A stretch of DNA of 63,953 nt, filler included, from an uncultured bacterium (GTDB taxonomy: Bacteria; B130-G9): NCBI GenBank assembly GCA_965372715.1. It is 3 parts of 3 records of this genome, joined end to end, with 100 filler letters (N's around TTAATTAATTAA, not from the genome) between each part and the next. Parts side by side here need not be neighbours in the genome. Positions count along the whole stretch, not along the records: positions 29,237 to 56,838 come from CBDVDH010000052.1; 2 more parts are not named here. One strand, given 5' to 3'. The notes under the pieces were generated by a model that saw only the letters and a program-made list of their open reading frames with translations, searched no databases and had not been told where the DNA came from. A program made the translations under genes and the position numbers. This document shows positions 29,597-38,682 of the stretch, piece after piece (within the stretch, counting starts at the first letter, position 1; every line of letters starts with the position of its first letter).

Positions 29597-30976
29597 ATGA
29601 CGTCTCGTGGAAGAGTTCTCATCGTCGATGACGACGCGTCCGTTCGCTCAATTCTGTGTGAAGTGCTCGCCCAGGACGGTTTCAGCGCCGACAGCGCCTC
29701 GACCGCCGAGGAGGCGCTGCGGAAGACATCGTCCCGAGAGTTCGACCTGGTCATAACGGACGTCCGAATGAGCGGGATGGACGGTCTTCAGCTCCAGCAC
29801 AGGATCAGGACACAAAACGATCACGTCGAGGTTGTGATAATCACGGCCTACGGGGACATCCCGATGAGCGTTCAGGCGATGAAACAGGGCGCGTTTGAGT
29901 TCTTGACCAAGCCATTTGGCAGCATCGATCACGTCGTCCTGGTGGCGAGGCGCGCCGCCGAGAAGGCGCAGATGGCCAAGAAGATCGAGGAACTCACGGA
30001 CTCGCTTGAGGAAAGAGGCCACTTTGAGAAGCTTATCGGCGCAAGCCAAGTGATGCAAAACGTGTATCGGCGCATTTCGCAGCTCGCGAAGACCGATTCC
30101 ACCGTTCTTCTATTGGGTGAAACGGGAACAGGCAAGGAAATGACCGTGAGAGCAATCCACAATCTGGGCAAGAGAAAAAAGGCGCCGTTCGTGGCGGTCA
30201 ACTGCGGCAGTCTGCCCGAATCCCTACTCGAGAGCGAGCTCTTCGGCCACGCGAAAGGCTCGTTCACCGGCGCCACATCCAGCAAGCTTGGGCTCTTCGC
30301 ATCGGCGTCTGGTGGCTCCATTCTGCTGGACGAGGTGGAGGCGGCAAAGGAAGGCACCCAGATCGCGCTTCTCAGGGTTCTGGACACGAAGGAGATTCGA
30401 CCCATAGGCAGCAACAAGAATCAAAAGGTTGACGTCCGGGTCTTTGCTGCGAGCAACGAGGACCTTGAGTCGCGAGTCGAGGATGGCTCGTTCCGAAAGG
30501 ACCTCTATTACAGGCTTGTCTCGGCGATCATCACGCTGCCGCCTCTTAGAGAGCGTCGTTCGGACCTGCTAATGCTAGCGGAGTATTTCCTGAAGCTCTA
30601 TTGCAGGACGGATGGGCATCAGGAAAAGCGACTCTCGGCACGAACTCGCGAGCTCCTCATGAGATACAGCTGGCCTGGCAATGTGCGGGAGCTCAAACAC
30701 GCGATAGAGCACGGCGTGATCTTCTCGAGCGGTCCAGTTATAGCCCCAAAAGACCTGCCGGACGCGGTAACGTCCGCCGCTTCTGCCCAAGCCCCTGGGT
30801 TCATGACTATAGAAGAGCTCGAAGGGAGGCACATAGAGGAGGCGCTTCGACTGACGGCGTTCAATAAGGCAAAGGCCGCCAAGCTTCTGGGTCTGACCCG
30901 GCAGGCACTTTACCGCAAGATCGAGCGCTACCGCCTAGGGCCCACCGCCGCACTGACCGGAAACGGACACTTCTGA
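29597..30976 (+). CDS. Sigma-54-dependent response regulator (NtrC/PilR-like bEBP)
   Basis: Receiver (VDDD, ITD, K-P), AAA+ GETGTGKE, ESELFGH, GSFTGA, WPGNVREL, Fis-type HTH. Confidence 0.95.
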   Translation: MTSRGRVLIVDDDASVRSILCEVLAQDGFSADSASTAEEALRKTSSREFDLVITDVRMSGMDGLQLQHRIRTQNDHVEVVIITAYGDIPMSVQAMKQGAFEFLTKPFGSIDHVVLVARRAAEKAQMAKKIEELTDSLEERGHFEKLIGASQVMQNVYRRISQLAKTDSTVLLLGETGTGKEMTVRAIHNLGKRKKAPFVAVNCGSLPESLLESELFGHAKGSFTGATSSKLGLFASASGGSILLDEVEAAKEGTQIALLRVLDTKEIRPIGSNKNQKVDVRVFAASNEDLESRVEDGSFRKDLYYRLVSAIITLPPLRERRSDLLMLAEYFLKLYCRTDGHQEKRLSARTRELLMRYSWPGNVRELKHAIEHGVIFSSGPVIAPKDLPDAVTSAASAQAPGFMTIEELEGRHIEEALRLTAFNKAKAAKLLGLTRQALYRKIERYRLGPTAALTGNGHF

Positions 30977-31192
30977 GCGAGACTACAACCTGAGGCGCCG
31001 CGAGACAATGACAAGCTGCGCCATCCCGACCGCCCATCAGACGTGTGACCTGAGCGCTGCTGAACGATAGGCGCCACGCAGCGAGTTTCGCTCCGGCCAA
31101 TCGCCGGCACCTCGTTCGCTGCGTGCAGAACTCGTCGTAGTGTCCCTTTCAAAGGGTGATCCGAGCGAACATCCGTCGAATGGTGCTGAGAT

Positions 31193-31207
31193 TGGCACGA
31201 TATCTGC
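31193..31207 (+). promoter_or_regulatory. Sigma-54 -24/-12 promoter
   Basis: TGGCACG-ATAT-CTGC versus consensus TGGCACG-N4-TTGC. Confidence 0.7.
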
Positions 31208-31260
31208 ATGGACTCTTTTTTGAGTTCAACAAAAACAAGAGGCATCGCAGGAGTGAGCGG

Positions 31261-31677
31261 TTGAGAAAGTCGCAATACCCGGACGAAGGAAAGGCTCAGA
31301 ACGGGCCCCCGAATGGGAGCCTCGTAGTCGTAGTGGCCTCCACGGACCTGGCCCACTGCCAGAGAATCAGAGGCATACTAAAGGAGCAAGAGTTCCAGGT
31401 GGTTGACGGCCTTCTGCCGAACACCGCCTTGCCCTTTGAGACACTGCTCAAGCCATCGGCCTTCGTCGTCCAGGTTGAACCTGACCCGGCAAAGGCGTCG
31501 GAGCAGATAGCTTCCTTAAGATCGCAGGCCCCCGACGTGCCGATCCTGTTTGCGGTCGAGCAGAACACAGAACAGCTGGAGATCAACGTCAGGCAAATGG
31601 GCATCCAGTATTACATGCTTCTTCCGGCGGAGACTGAAGAGCTGACCGTGGTCGTGAACTGTCTCGCCAGGGCGTAG
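31261..31677 (+). CDS. Atypical single-domain receiver-like protein
   Basis: AGGAG RBS before TTG 31261; CheY-like pattern but lacks acidic pocket, phospho-Asp and conserved Lys. Confidence 0.55.
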   Translation: MRKSQYPDEGKAQNGPPNGSLVVVVASTDLAHCQRIRGILKEQEFQVVDGLLPNTALPFETLLKPSAFVVQVEPDPAKASEQIASLRSQAPDVPILFAVEQNTEQLEINVRQMGIQYYMLLPAETEELTVVVNCLARA

Positions 31678-31828
31678 CAGGGCGTTCTTCTGTCCGGGCG
31701 TGTAGGGGCAGAAGCTCTCTTGGAGAAAGGCTTCTAGAAGGGCGGTCCCAATTGCGCGTCGGATTTCGTAGGGGCGGCGCTTGCCCCGCCCTTGTCTGAT
31801 GTGATCGACGTGTGAAGGGGGGAGCAAG

Positions 31829-32082
31829 GAGGCTGGGACATAAGTCGTTTTGCCCTCTGCCCCTGTTGTCTCATAACATAATAATACCATGAATCTGCAA
31901 TCATTTCAAGATCGATCCACCCGTCAGGATTTGGAAGATATCGATCGTATTCTGGCTATGCAAAGGCATTTGCGACCTGTAGGGGCAGGCCCCCGTGCCT
32001 GCCCTATCTTTATTGATCGTAAAGGGCAACCGCGGGGGGATTGCCCCTACACTGGGCGGGCGGTCACTTATGTCCCAGCCTC
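31829..32082. mobile_element. MITE-like element with 17-bp perfect TIRs and 49-bp flanking direct repeats
   Basis: GAGGCTGGGACATAAGT (31829-31845) / ACTTATGTCCCAGCCTC (32066-32082); DRs 31780-31828 and 32083-32131 match 43/49. Confidence 0.75.
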
Positions 32083-32441
32083 CTTGCCCCGCCCTTTTTT
32101 GATGTGACCGACGTGTGAAGGGTGCGGCAAGCAGCACCCCTACAGAGCCGCAAACCATCCATCGCATCCCACACCGACGAAATGCGACAGAGCCTGGGGC
32201 GAGCGCGACGACGAGGATGCCAATGTCCGGAAACGGACGGTGGTCGAAGCAGGAGGCAATCGTGGCATCTGGGTGGGGATCGGGCGCCGCCTGGCGGCCT
32301 AGTGATTGCCCATGCGTCCGGATACGGACAATTCACTCGTGAGATGCAATGTGGGCTTAGGGAGCACTAGAAGAGCGGCCATGTGGGATCGTGCCTGCTA
32401 GCGGGGATGCAGGAACAGTCGTGCAAAACAGATCGTTAAAG

Positions 32442-32456
32442 TGGCACGAAACATGC
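32442..32456 (+). promoter_or_regulatory. Sigma-54 -24/-12 promoter of the pilin gene
   Basis: TGGCACG-AAAC-ATGC ~215 bp upstream of the pilin start. Confidence 0.7.
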
Positions 32457-32670
32457 TCCGATAAGTGGTGAGTGAAATGACAATCACAAAGAGGAGGTAA
32501 CTATACGGAGCTTTAGCCCTTTCATTTACAGCAAAGGCGAAACAAGGGAAGGAGGTGCGAACGGATAGCCTGGGAGAGGTCCTAAAGCCACGCAACTTTA
32601 GTGTTTTGATGGAAAAATCCGCCCGTCTTTCGGGCGACCCACAACCTTTGTTTTATAGGAGGAAAGAGAA

Positions 32671-33081
32671 GTGGGACAGCAACAGCTACTATTGATTGTA
32701 TTGAGCATCATCATCGTCGGCATCGCGGTGGTCATCGGCCTCGGTCTCTTCAGCGAAGGCGCTGATCAGGCCAACATCGACCAGGTCGTTCAGGACGTCG
32801 TGTCCATGGGCGCGAGGGCTCAGCAGTTTTATATGAAGCCAGCTGCGCTCGGTGGCGGCGGCCAGAGCTTTGTCGGAATGCTCATCACTGACGTAGGCTC
32901 TGACGAAAATAGGAACGGCGACACTTATGTAGTGTCCGGCGCGGCAGCGGCCCAAGTCACGATCACTGGCACGTGCGTTACCGCTAAGATGGACGACGAC
33001 AGCACGGCAGTTAACGTCGTTGGGACAGTAACCCCAGTTGATGTTACGACGGTCATCAACAAGACAGCAGGCGGCGAGTAG
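32671..33081 (+). CDS. Putative major type IV pilin (non-canonical, MGQQQLLL N-terminus)
   Basis: Strong RBS, hydrophobic N-helix plus amphipathic helix, 136 aa, own promoter and terminator, first gene of a T4P locus. Confidence 0.8.
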   Translation: MGQQQLLLIVLSIIIVGIAVVIGLGLFSEGADQANIDQVVQDVVSMGARAQQFYMKPAALGGGGQSFVGMLITDVGSDENRNGDTYVVSGAAAAQVTITGTCVTAKMDDDSTAVNVVGTVTPVDVTTVINKTAGGE

Positions 33082-33098
33082 TAAGCAAAGTTGCCATG

Positions 33099-33132
33099 GG
33101 CAGGCCCAACTCGCTTTGGGCCTGCCTTTTCT
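33099..33132 (+). terminator. Intrinsic terminator after pilin
   Basis: GGCAGGCCCAA-N6-TTGGGCCTGCC-TTTTCT. Confidence 0.85.
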
Positions 33133-33156
33133 ATCTAACGCAAGGGGCGAGGACTT

Positions 33157-34509
33157 ATGGCAGAGTTTAGATACCATGGGATGAGCGCCGCTGGCCGACC
33201 TGTTCAGGGGATGCTCGCGGCAAAGAACAAGAAGGCCGCGCAGCTGAAGCTCTCGGAGTTAATCCGGACCAAGCGGTTCAGTTTGAGAAGTCTCGAGAAG
33301 AAGCGGACCTACGTCTATAAAGTTCAGAAGGGAACCGAGAGGCCCATCAAAGGTGAGAGAAAGGGCTACTCCCCCGAGGAGCTCACCCGCGCGCTTCGTG
33401 CAATCGGTTACCGAGTGCTATCCATCCGCCGGAAGCTCCTGGACTTCAACTTGGGTCCGCCCACAAACGACGTGGTGATGTTCATCCGGCTTGGGGCCGA
33501 CCTCTTGCGTGAGAAGCTGCCGTACGACGAGGTGCTTCAGCTGCTGGGAAACGACATCCAGAACAGGACGCTGCGAGAGGCGATAAAGGAGATCAGTAGC
33601 GACCTCAAGGAGGGTAAAGAGGGCAAGGAAGTATTCGGAAAGCAGGAGGCCGCCCTGGGGCATTTTGCGGCCCACATGCTCGGCGTCGCATCGACAAGTG
33701 GGAACATGGTGGAGATATATGAGAGCACAGCGAAATTCCTTGAACGAAATCAGACGTTCAAGAAGAACCTGAAAAGCGCGCTGATCATGCCGGCCGTCAC
33801 GGTCTTCTTGCTGATGTGCGCCGTGTTCTTCTATGTTGGCTACATATTCCCCGAGACAGCGGAGATGTTCCTCAAGTTCGACATGGTGCTGCCTCCGATG
33901 ACGCAGTTTACGCTCGATCTAAGCCACTTCCTAACGAACAACGTCGTGATCATCCTTGTGGCGATATTCGCGCCATTGATTATAGGGCTGAAGTTCGCGT
34001 TCAGCAACAAAGGCCGGCTGATCGTCGATAGGTATATCATTAAATTGCCAATCATAGGGTCAGTTCTGCACAAGACCAGCATCGAGATATTTTGCAGGGT
34101 ATTCACGGCCCTCTACTCCGGTTCGGGCGAGAACATTGAGGTAATTAAAACAGCAGCTGAGGCGTGCCGGAACCGCTATATGGAGCGTCAGATCAAGGAG
34201 ATCACACTCCCGATGATGATCAAGGAGGGCACAGGCCTGGTCGAGTCGCTTGAGAAGACAGGCGTTTTTACCGACAACGCGCTGAACAGGCTCCGAGGCG
34301 GCGCAGAGACAGGGACACTGCGCAAGACGGCGCTTCAAGTGGCCAACTACTATGAAAAAGAAACGACGTATAGGATGAAGGCGATCATCGACTGGGTGCA
34401 GGTGTTCATCGCTTTCTACGTGCTTATCGTTATGACGGCCATCACGGTTGTGTCCTCTGAGACAGCGATCATAACCCCCAAGAGACCGGGAGTTACAACG
34501 AGCCAATGA
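33157..34509 (+). CDS. pilC: Type IV pilus/T2SS inner-membrane platform protein (PilC/GspF)
   Basis: MAEFRYHG...G..V.G N-terminus, two GspF-type repeats with TM segments, LPPMT, GAETGTL. Confidence 0.85.
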   Translation: MAEFRYHGMSAAGRPVQGMLAAKNKKAAQLKLSELIRTKRFSLRSLEKKRTYVYKVQKGTERPIKGERKGYSPEELTRALRAIGYRVLSIRRKLLDFNLGPPTNDVVMFIRLGADLLREKLPYDEVLQLLGNDIQNRTLREAIKEISSDLKEGKEGKEVFGKQEAALGHFAAHMLGVASTSGNMVEIYESTAKFLERNQTFKKNLKSALIMPAVTVFLLMCAVFFYVGYIFPETAEMFLKFDMVLPPMTQFTLDLSHFLTNNVVIILVAIFAPLIIGLKFAFSNKGRLIVDRYIIKLPIIGSVLHKTSIEIFCRVFTALYSGSGENIEVIKTAAEACRNRYMERQIKEITLPMMIKEGTGLVESLEKTGVFTDNALNRLRGGAETGTLRKTALQVANYYEKETTYRMKAIIDWVQVFIAFYVLIVMTAITVVSSETAIITPKRPGVTTSQ

Positions 34510-36290
34510 TACCACCGCCGCCGCAGGGAAGATTTGGAAGCACGCTCGTCGATAACGGCGTCATAGATGATGAGACGCTGGACAAAGCGCTCCAGATACA
34601 AGGAACCGAGGTTGACGCCAACCGCCGTAAGCTCGGCGAGATACTGGTGGGTGATCTCGGCATAGACCGCCACGAGGTCTATAAAGAGATAGCGAACATC
34701 TATGCGTTCCGCACGATGGAGCTCTCCCAGGAGGACCTTGAAGAGGATAGAATCAGGTTCATAAGCGACCTCATGGAGAGCATCAGCGGCGAGATGCGGA
34801 GCTATCTTATCAATAGGAGGGTCCTTCCCTATAAGCTCCACTCGGTCAAGCACGGGGTCCTGATAGTCGTCTGTCCCGACCCGACGGACCGGGAGGTGCA
34901 GAGCCTCGTCACGGAGTTCGGCTACCGGCGATACGAGATCGCTTACATGCGCCTCGAGGAAATCCAAGAGCTGGCTTCAAAGCTCGTGCCCCAGGAAGAG
35001 GAGTTCCTCAAGATACTTGAGCAGGCCAACGACGCGGTCGAGATGATCGAGGATACCGACACCGAGCTGGACGAGGAGGCGCTCGAGGCGGAGATCAATA
35101 AGAGCCTTTTGACCAACCTGATTGAGGGCTGCCTGGTCGAGGCGGTTCGCAAAGGCGCGTCCGACGTCCACGTCATTCCCAAGCCGGGGAATATCACCGA
35201 GTTCTATTTTCGCGTGGATGGCAAGCTCCAGCTGTGGTATCGGCACGAGGGTACCAAGCCCGAGGCGATTTCGGCGGTTATCAAGGATAGGTCAAAGAAC
35301 GTCGACCGGTTTGAGTGGGACTCGGCACAGGACGGGTTCATTCAGCGGACGATAGACCACTACTTGATGCGGTTCCGCGTCTCAATCATGCCGATTGTCG
35401 GCCAGGAACTGAGGCGCAAGCTGGAAAGCATCGTCATCAGGGTTATCGATGACCGGAAGCTGATAACGGACTTCGAGGAGCTGGGCTTTCAGAAGCAAGC
35501 CAAGGATGATTTCGTCCGGGCCATCAGCAAGCCTCAGGGCATCGTGATGCTGACTGGCCCAACCGGCAGCGGCAAGAGTACGACTTTGGTCGCGGCCCTA
35601 AGTCACGTCATGAACCCAAGCATCAACGTCGTAACAATCGAGGACCCCGTCGAGTATCACATAGCCGGCGCGAGGCAGATAAAGCTCGGGCCCAGGCTCG
35701 ATTTTGACTTGGCGATTCGGTCGATATTGCGGCACGACCCGGATGTGGTGATGGTCGGCGAGATGCGTGACAGGAAGACCGCAGAGATAGCGGTCAAGAT
35801 GGCCAACACAGGGCATCTAACGTTCACGACACTTCATACGAACGATGCGATAAGCGCGGTAGCAAGGCTCTACAAGATGGGCATTGAGCCATTCCTGCTC
35901 GCCTATTCGATAAACATCGTGGTTGCGCAGCGCCTCGTCCGGACTTTGTGCCCGGACTGCAAACGCCCGATCAAGGACCTAGACCCGAAGATACCGCTTG
36001 ATCTCGGCTTCACCGAACAGGAGGTAGAAGCGACCACGTTCTATGAGCCGGTCGGCTGCAAGAAGTGTCGCCTCGGCTACAAGGGACGTATTGCTATCCA
36101 CGAGGCGTTCTACTTCACCAGGGAGGTCAGGCAGCTTATCTATCAGGCATCTACCGAGATAGACGAGGACGGTCTGCGCGCGCAAGCAGTCTCTGACGGA
36201 ATGCTGACGCTCCGCGCCTCGGGCCGGGAGAGAATCAAGAAAGGCTTGACCACAGTCGAAGCAATCGCCTTCGCGACTGCTGATGATTAA
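34506..36290 (+). CDS. pilB: Type IV pilus extension ATPase (PilB/GspE) with MshEN-like N-terminus
   Basis: ASDVH, GPTGSGKST, TIEDPVEY, LRHDPD, GEMRD, GHLTFTTLHTN, CxxC...CxxC. Confidence 0.92.
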   Translation: MIPPPPQGRFGSTLVDNGVIDDETLDKALQIQGTEVDANRRKLGEILVGDLGIDRHEVYKEIANIYAFRTMELSQEDLEEDRIRFISDLMESISGEMRSYLINRRVLPYKLHSVKHGVLIVVCPDPTDREVQSLVTEFGYRRYEIAYMRLEEIQELASKLVPQEEEFLKILEQANDAVEMIEDTDTELDEEALEAEINKSLLTNLIEGCLVEAVRKGASDVHVIPKPGNITEFYFRVDGKLQLWYRHEGTKPEAISAVIKDRSKNVDRFEWDSAQDGFIQRTIDHYLMRFRVSIMPIVGQELRRKLESIVIRVIDDRKLITDFEELGFQKQAKDDFVRAISKPQGIVMLTGPTGSGKSTTLVAALSHVMNPSINVVTIEDPVEYHIAGARQIKLGPRLDFDLAIRSILRHDPDVVMVGEMRDRKTAEIAVKMANTGHLTFTTLHTNDAISAVARLYKMGIEPFLLAYSINIVVAQRLVRTLCPDCKRPIKDLDPKIPLDLGFTEQEVEATTFYEPVGCKKCRLGYKGRIAIHEAFYFTREVRQLIYQASTEIDEDGLRAQAVSDGMLTLRASGRERIKKGLTTVEAIAFATADD

Positions 36291-36311
36291 AAAGATTAGG
36301 AGGGAGAGAAG

Positions 36312-36794
36312 ATGAGTTCAGGGCAGATGATGCTTGCATTGGGAGCGATTGTGATGCTCTCAACGCTGGCCCTTACCCTCAACAGCATTGTGCTGGACGG
36401 CAACAAAACGATGATGGAGAGCGAGCTCTACATCTCCGGAACATCGGCTGCCCAGTCCTTTGTGGAGCACGCCGCGGTATTAGCGTTCGACGCGTCCGTT
36501 GGCACCCACGATGCATCCACGTTCCCCGACGCGTTCACCCCGCCAGGAGGCCTTGGGCCAAAGGCGGGCGAGAGTTACCCCAATTTCAACGATGTGGACG
36601 ATTTCAATGGCTACTCAAGCACAGTCTCTACAACAAGAGCAGACTTCAACGTTTCCATAACAGTCGAGTATTGCGATGAAAGCGGCAACATCTCAGCCAG
36701 CCGCACATTCTTCAAGAAAATGGAAGTTACTGTTAGCAGTCCGTTCATTCCGACGGATGTCGTCGCGAGGCGGATATTCGCCTACAGCATTTAG
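36312..36794 (+). CDS. Minor pilin-like protein (PilV-like)
   Basis: N-terminal hydrophobic helix, FNDVDDFNGY motif, K...V.V C-terminal strand; in T4P operon. Confidence 0.65.
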   Translation: MSSGQMMLALGAIVMLSTLALTLNSIVLDGNKTMMESELYISGTSAAQSFVEHAAVLAFDASVGTHDASTFPDAFTPPGGLGPKAGESYPNFNDVDDFNGYSSTVSTTRADFNVSITVEYCDESGNISASRTFFKKMEVTVSSPFIPTDVVARRIFAYSI

Positions 36795-36819
36795 GGACCT
36801 CAAAAGGAGGTGAAGCAGG

Positions 36820-37383
36820 ATGGCAATTGCAGACCTTATCGGCACTACCATCGTGGCGGGCATACTGATTCTGATGACGATAGCGCTTACGGCCAGTGTG
36901 TCCGAGTCGACTACTCAACAGATGCTTGACGTTACGACTCAGCAAGCACTCACGACGATCAAGAGCATGATCGAATACGATTTCCGCAAGATGGGATTTG
37001 AGGCGGCCCCCGGGACGGCGATTACTTCAATGGGCACTGACAACATCACCTTCTGGGCGGGAATCGACACGAATAACGACAACGTCGTTGACGGCGTCAA
37101 CACGATCACGTATCAGCAGAGCGACACATCCCAGGCTTCTTCAACTCCCAACCCTGACGACCGCATACTCTATCGGACAGTCGGGGCCGCGGCGCCTGTC
37201 GCGGTGGCCCTGGGCGTGACGAACTTCGCTCTCGAGTACTACGATGCCAGCGGAAACGTGACGGCAAGTCCCGCCGACGTCAAGACTATCATGGTCAATC
37301 TGACCGCGCAGAGCACAATCCCCTATGACGGCACGTACTCGGAGGCTGCCTGGGAGAAGAGGATCAGCCCCAGGAATCTGTGA
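36820..37383 (+). CDS. Minor pilin-like protein (PilW-like)
   Basis: Hydrophobic N-helix, IEYDFRKMG, LEYYD..G, C-terminal PRNL typical of PilW-type pilins. Confidence 0.7.
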   Translation: MAIADLIGTTIVAGILILMTIALTASVSESTTQQMLDVTTQQALTTIKSMIEYDFRKMGFEAAPGTAITSMGTDNITFWAGIDTNNDNVVDGVNTITYQQSDTSQASSTPNPDDRILYRTVGAAAPVAVALGVTNFALEYYDASGNVTASPADVKTIMVNLTAQSTIPYDGTYSEAAWEKRISPRNL

Positions 37384-37442
37384 GCATCGTCGGATGGGAT
37401 ATTTGGGCAATGCGCGCTGGCTAAGATAAAGGAGGCTCAAAA

Positions 37443-38492
37443 ATGGGAAAAGCATGCATCATAATGGTTCTCGGGCTTGCTATCTCTCTGTCGTTTCTGA
37501 TGATGGGGGCGCACGAAAGAAGCAACGACGCCGTATCCAATTCCAGCGGTTCATTCAGCATGTCCAATGCTGGGAATCTTGCCCACTCAGCGGCAAATGC
37601 TGCTCTCTACAACATCACGTCTGACCCCAGCTGGACTAGCGCCGTTGACACCAGGAGTCTCTCTGGCGGGACGTGCTCCGCAAGCTGCGAAAGAGTGCCA
37701 GCCTCGGTCAACTCCAGAATAACTGCGACGGGGACCTACTTCCAGCGGACACACAACGTGGAAGTTCTAGTGCAGACTCGTTCCCCGAACCTCAGGTCTG
37801 CAATCACGGCCAACCCGCCAGTTAAGACGCTTGGAACCCTGACGGTTGACGGTAGGGATTACGACGAGAATGGAAATGTTATCCCGGGCCAGGGCGGCCT
37901 GGCAATTGAGTGTTCAGACGCCATCATCCGGGGCGGCAGTTCCGTATATGGTGGGACCGACGAGAACGGGGATGACTTTACGCCTTCCGAGAGCTACGAT
38001 GCCAGTATAGTCAGCGAAAACGCCACGTTTGACGGCGGATTTCCCGCATCTCCGGACGCGGTGTTAGGGCTTCCTGAGGGGACACTGAAGACTTACGCCA
38101 TGACTGGGGCCGACGGCAGCCAATACACGACCGACCCTACCACTCTTATGATGCCCTTAAGTGGCGTAACCTACGTGGAACTCCCTGACGGCGGGATATG
38201 GAACGATGGCAACTTCACTGGCGGCAGCAAGGGGATACTGGTGGTTCACAGTCCCGCCAAGGATGCGATTCTTAAGAATTTCTATGGGTCATTCTGCGGA
38301 ATAATCATCGCCGACAACGTCGATAAGATCCACGGCACGATTATTGGCAACTTGACCGTCATCGGCCCCACTGCGGGCGGCAACTGCATCGGAAACGGCG
38401 AGGGCAAGGTGCTGTATAGCACGCATTTCATATTCGACGCGCTAGGTGATCTGCCCCAGCCGGACCTCGAAATCCTCTCATGGTGGGAGTGA
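37443..38492 (+). CDS. Minor pilin-like protein (PilX-like), paralog 1
   Basis: Hydrophobic N-helix, A.NLA.S.A motif, ITATG, C-terminal beta-solenoid-like region ending ILSWWE. Confidence 0.7.
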   Translation: MGKACIIMVLGLAISLSFLMMGAHERSNDAVSNSSGSFSMSNAGNLAHSAANAALYNITSDPSWTSAVDTRSLSGGTCSASCERVPASVNSRITATGTYFQRTHNVEVLVQTRSPNLRSAITANPPVKTLGTLTVDGRDYDENGNVIPGQGGLAIECSDAIIRGGSSVYGGTDENGDDFTPSESYDASIVSENATFDGGFPASPDAVLGLPEGTLKTYAMTGADGSQYTTDPTTLMMPLSGVTYVELPDGGIWNDGNFTGGSKGILVVHSPAKDAILKNFYGSFCGIIIADNVDKIHGTIIGNLTVIGPTAGGNCIGNGEGKVLYSTHFIFDALGDLPQPDLEILSWWE

Positions 38493-38682
38493 CGGATGAA
38501 ATCCCGACCGTCTCAATGCCGACTTGCTGATGCAGGCAATTGTGGCCTTGGCAGGAGGAGCGAATTGCCCCGTGCGATCCAGAAGCAGAGATTAGCCCAA
38601 AGAATCTGTGAGCATCGTTCGATAAGCAAAGCACAATTTGCACTTGCGATTATCTATGGAGAAGAGATAGGAGCGCAGGAAG

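Noticed and set aside
32531-32595. Possible c-di-GMP-I riboswitch (AAAGGCGAAA...AAAGCCAC)
   Set aside because: Lacks the GNRA-capped P2, the GCAAAG core and convincing stems.
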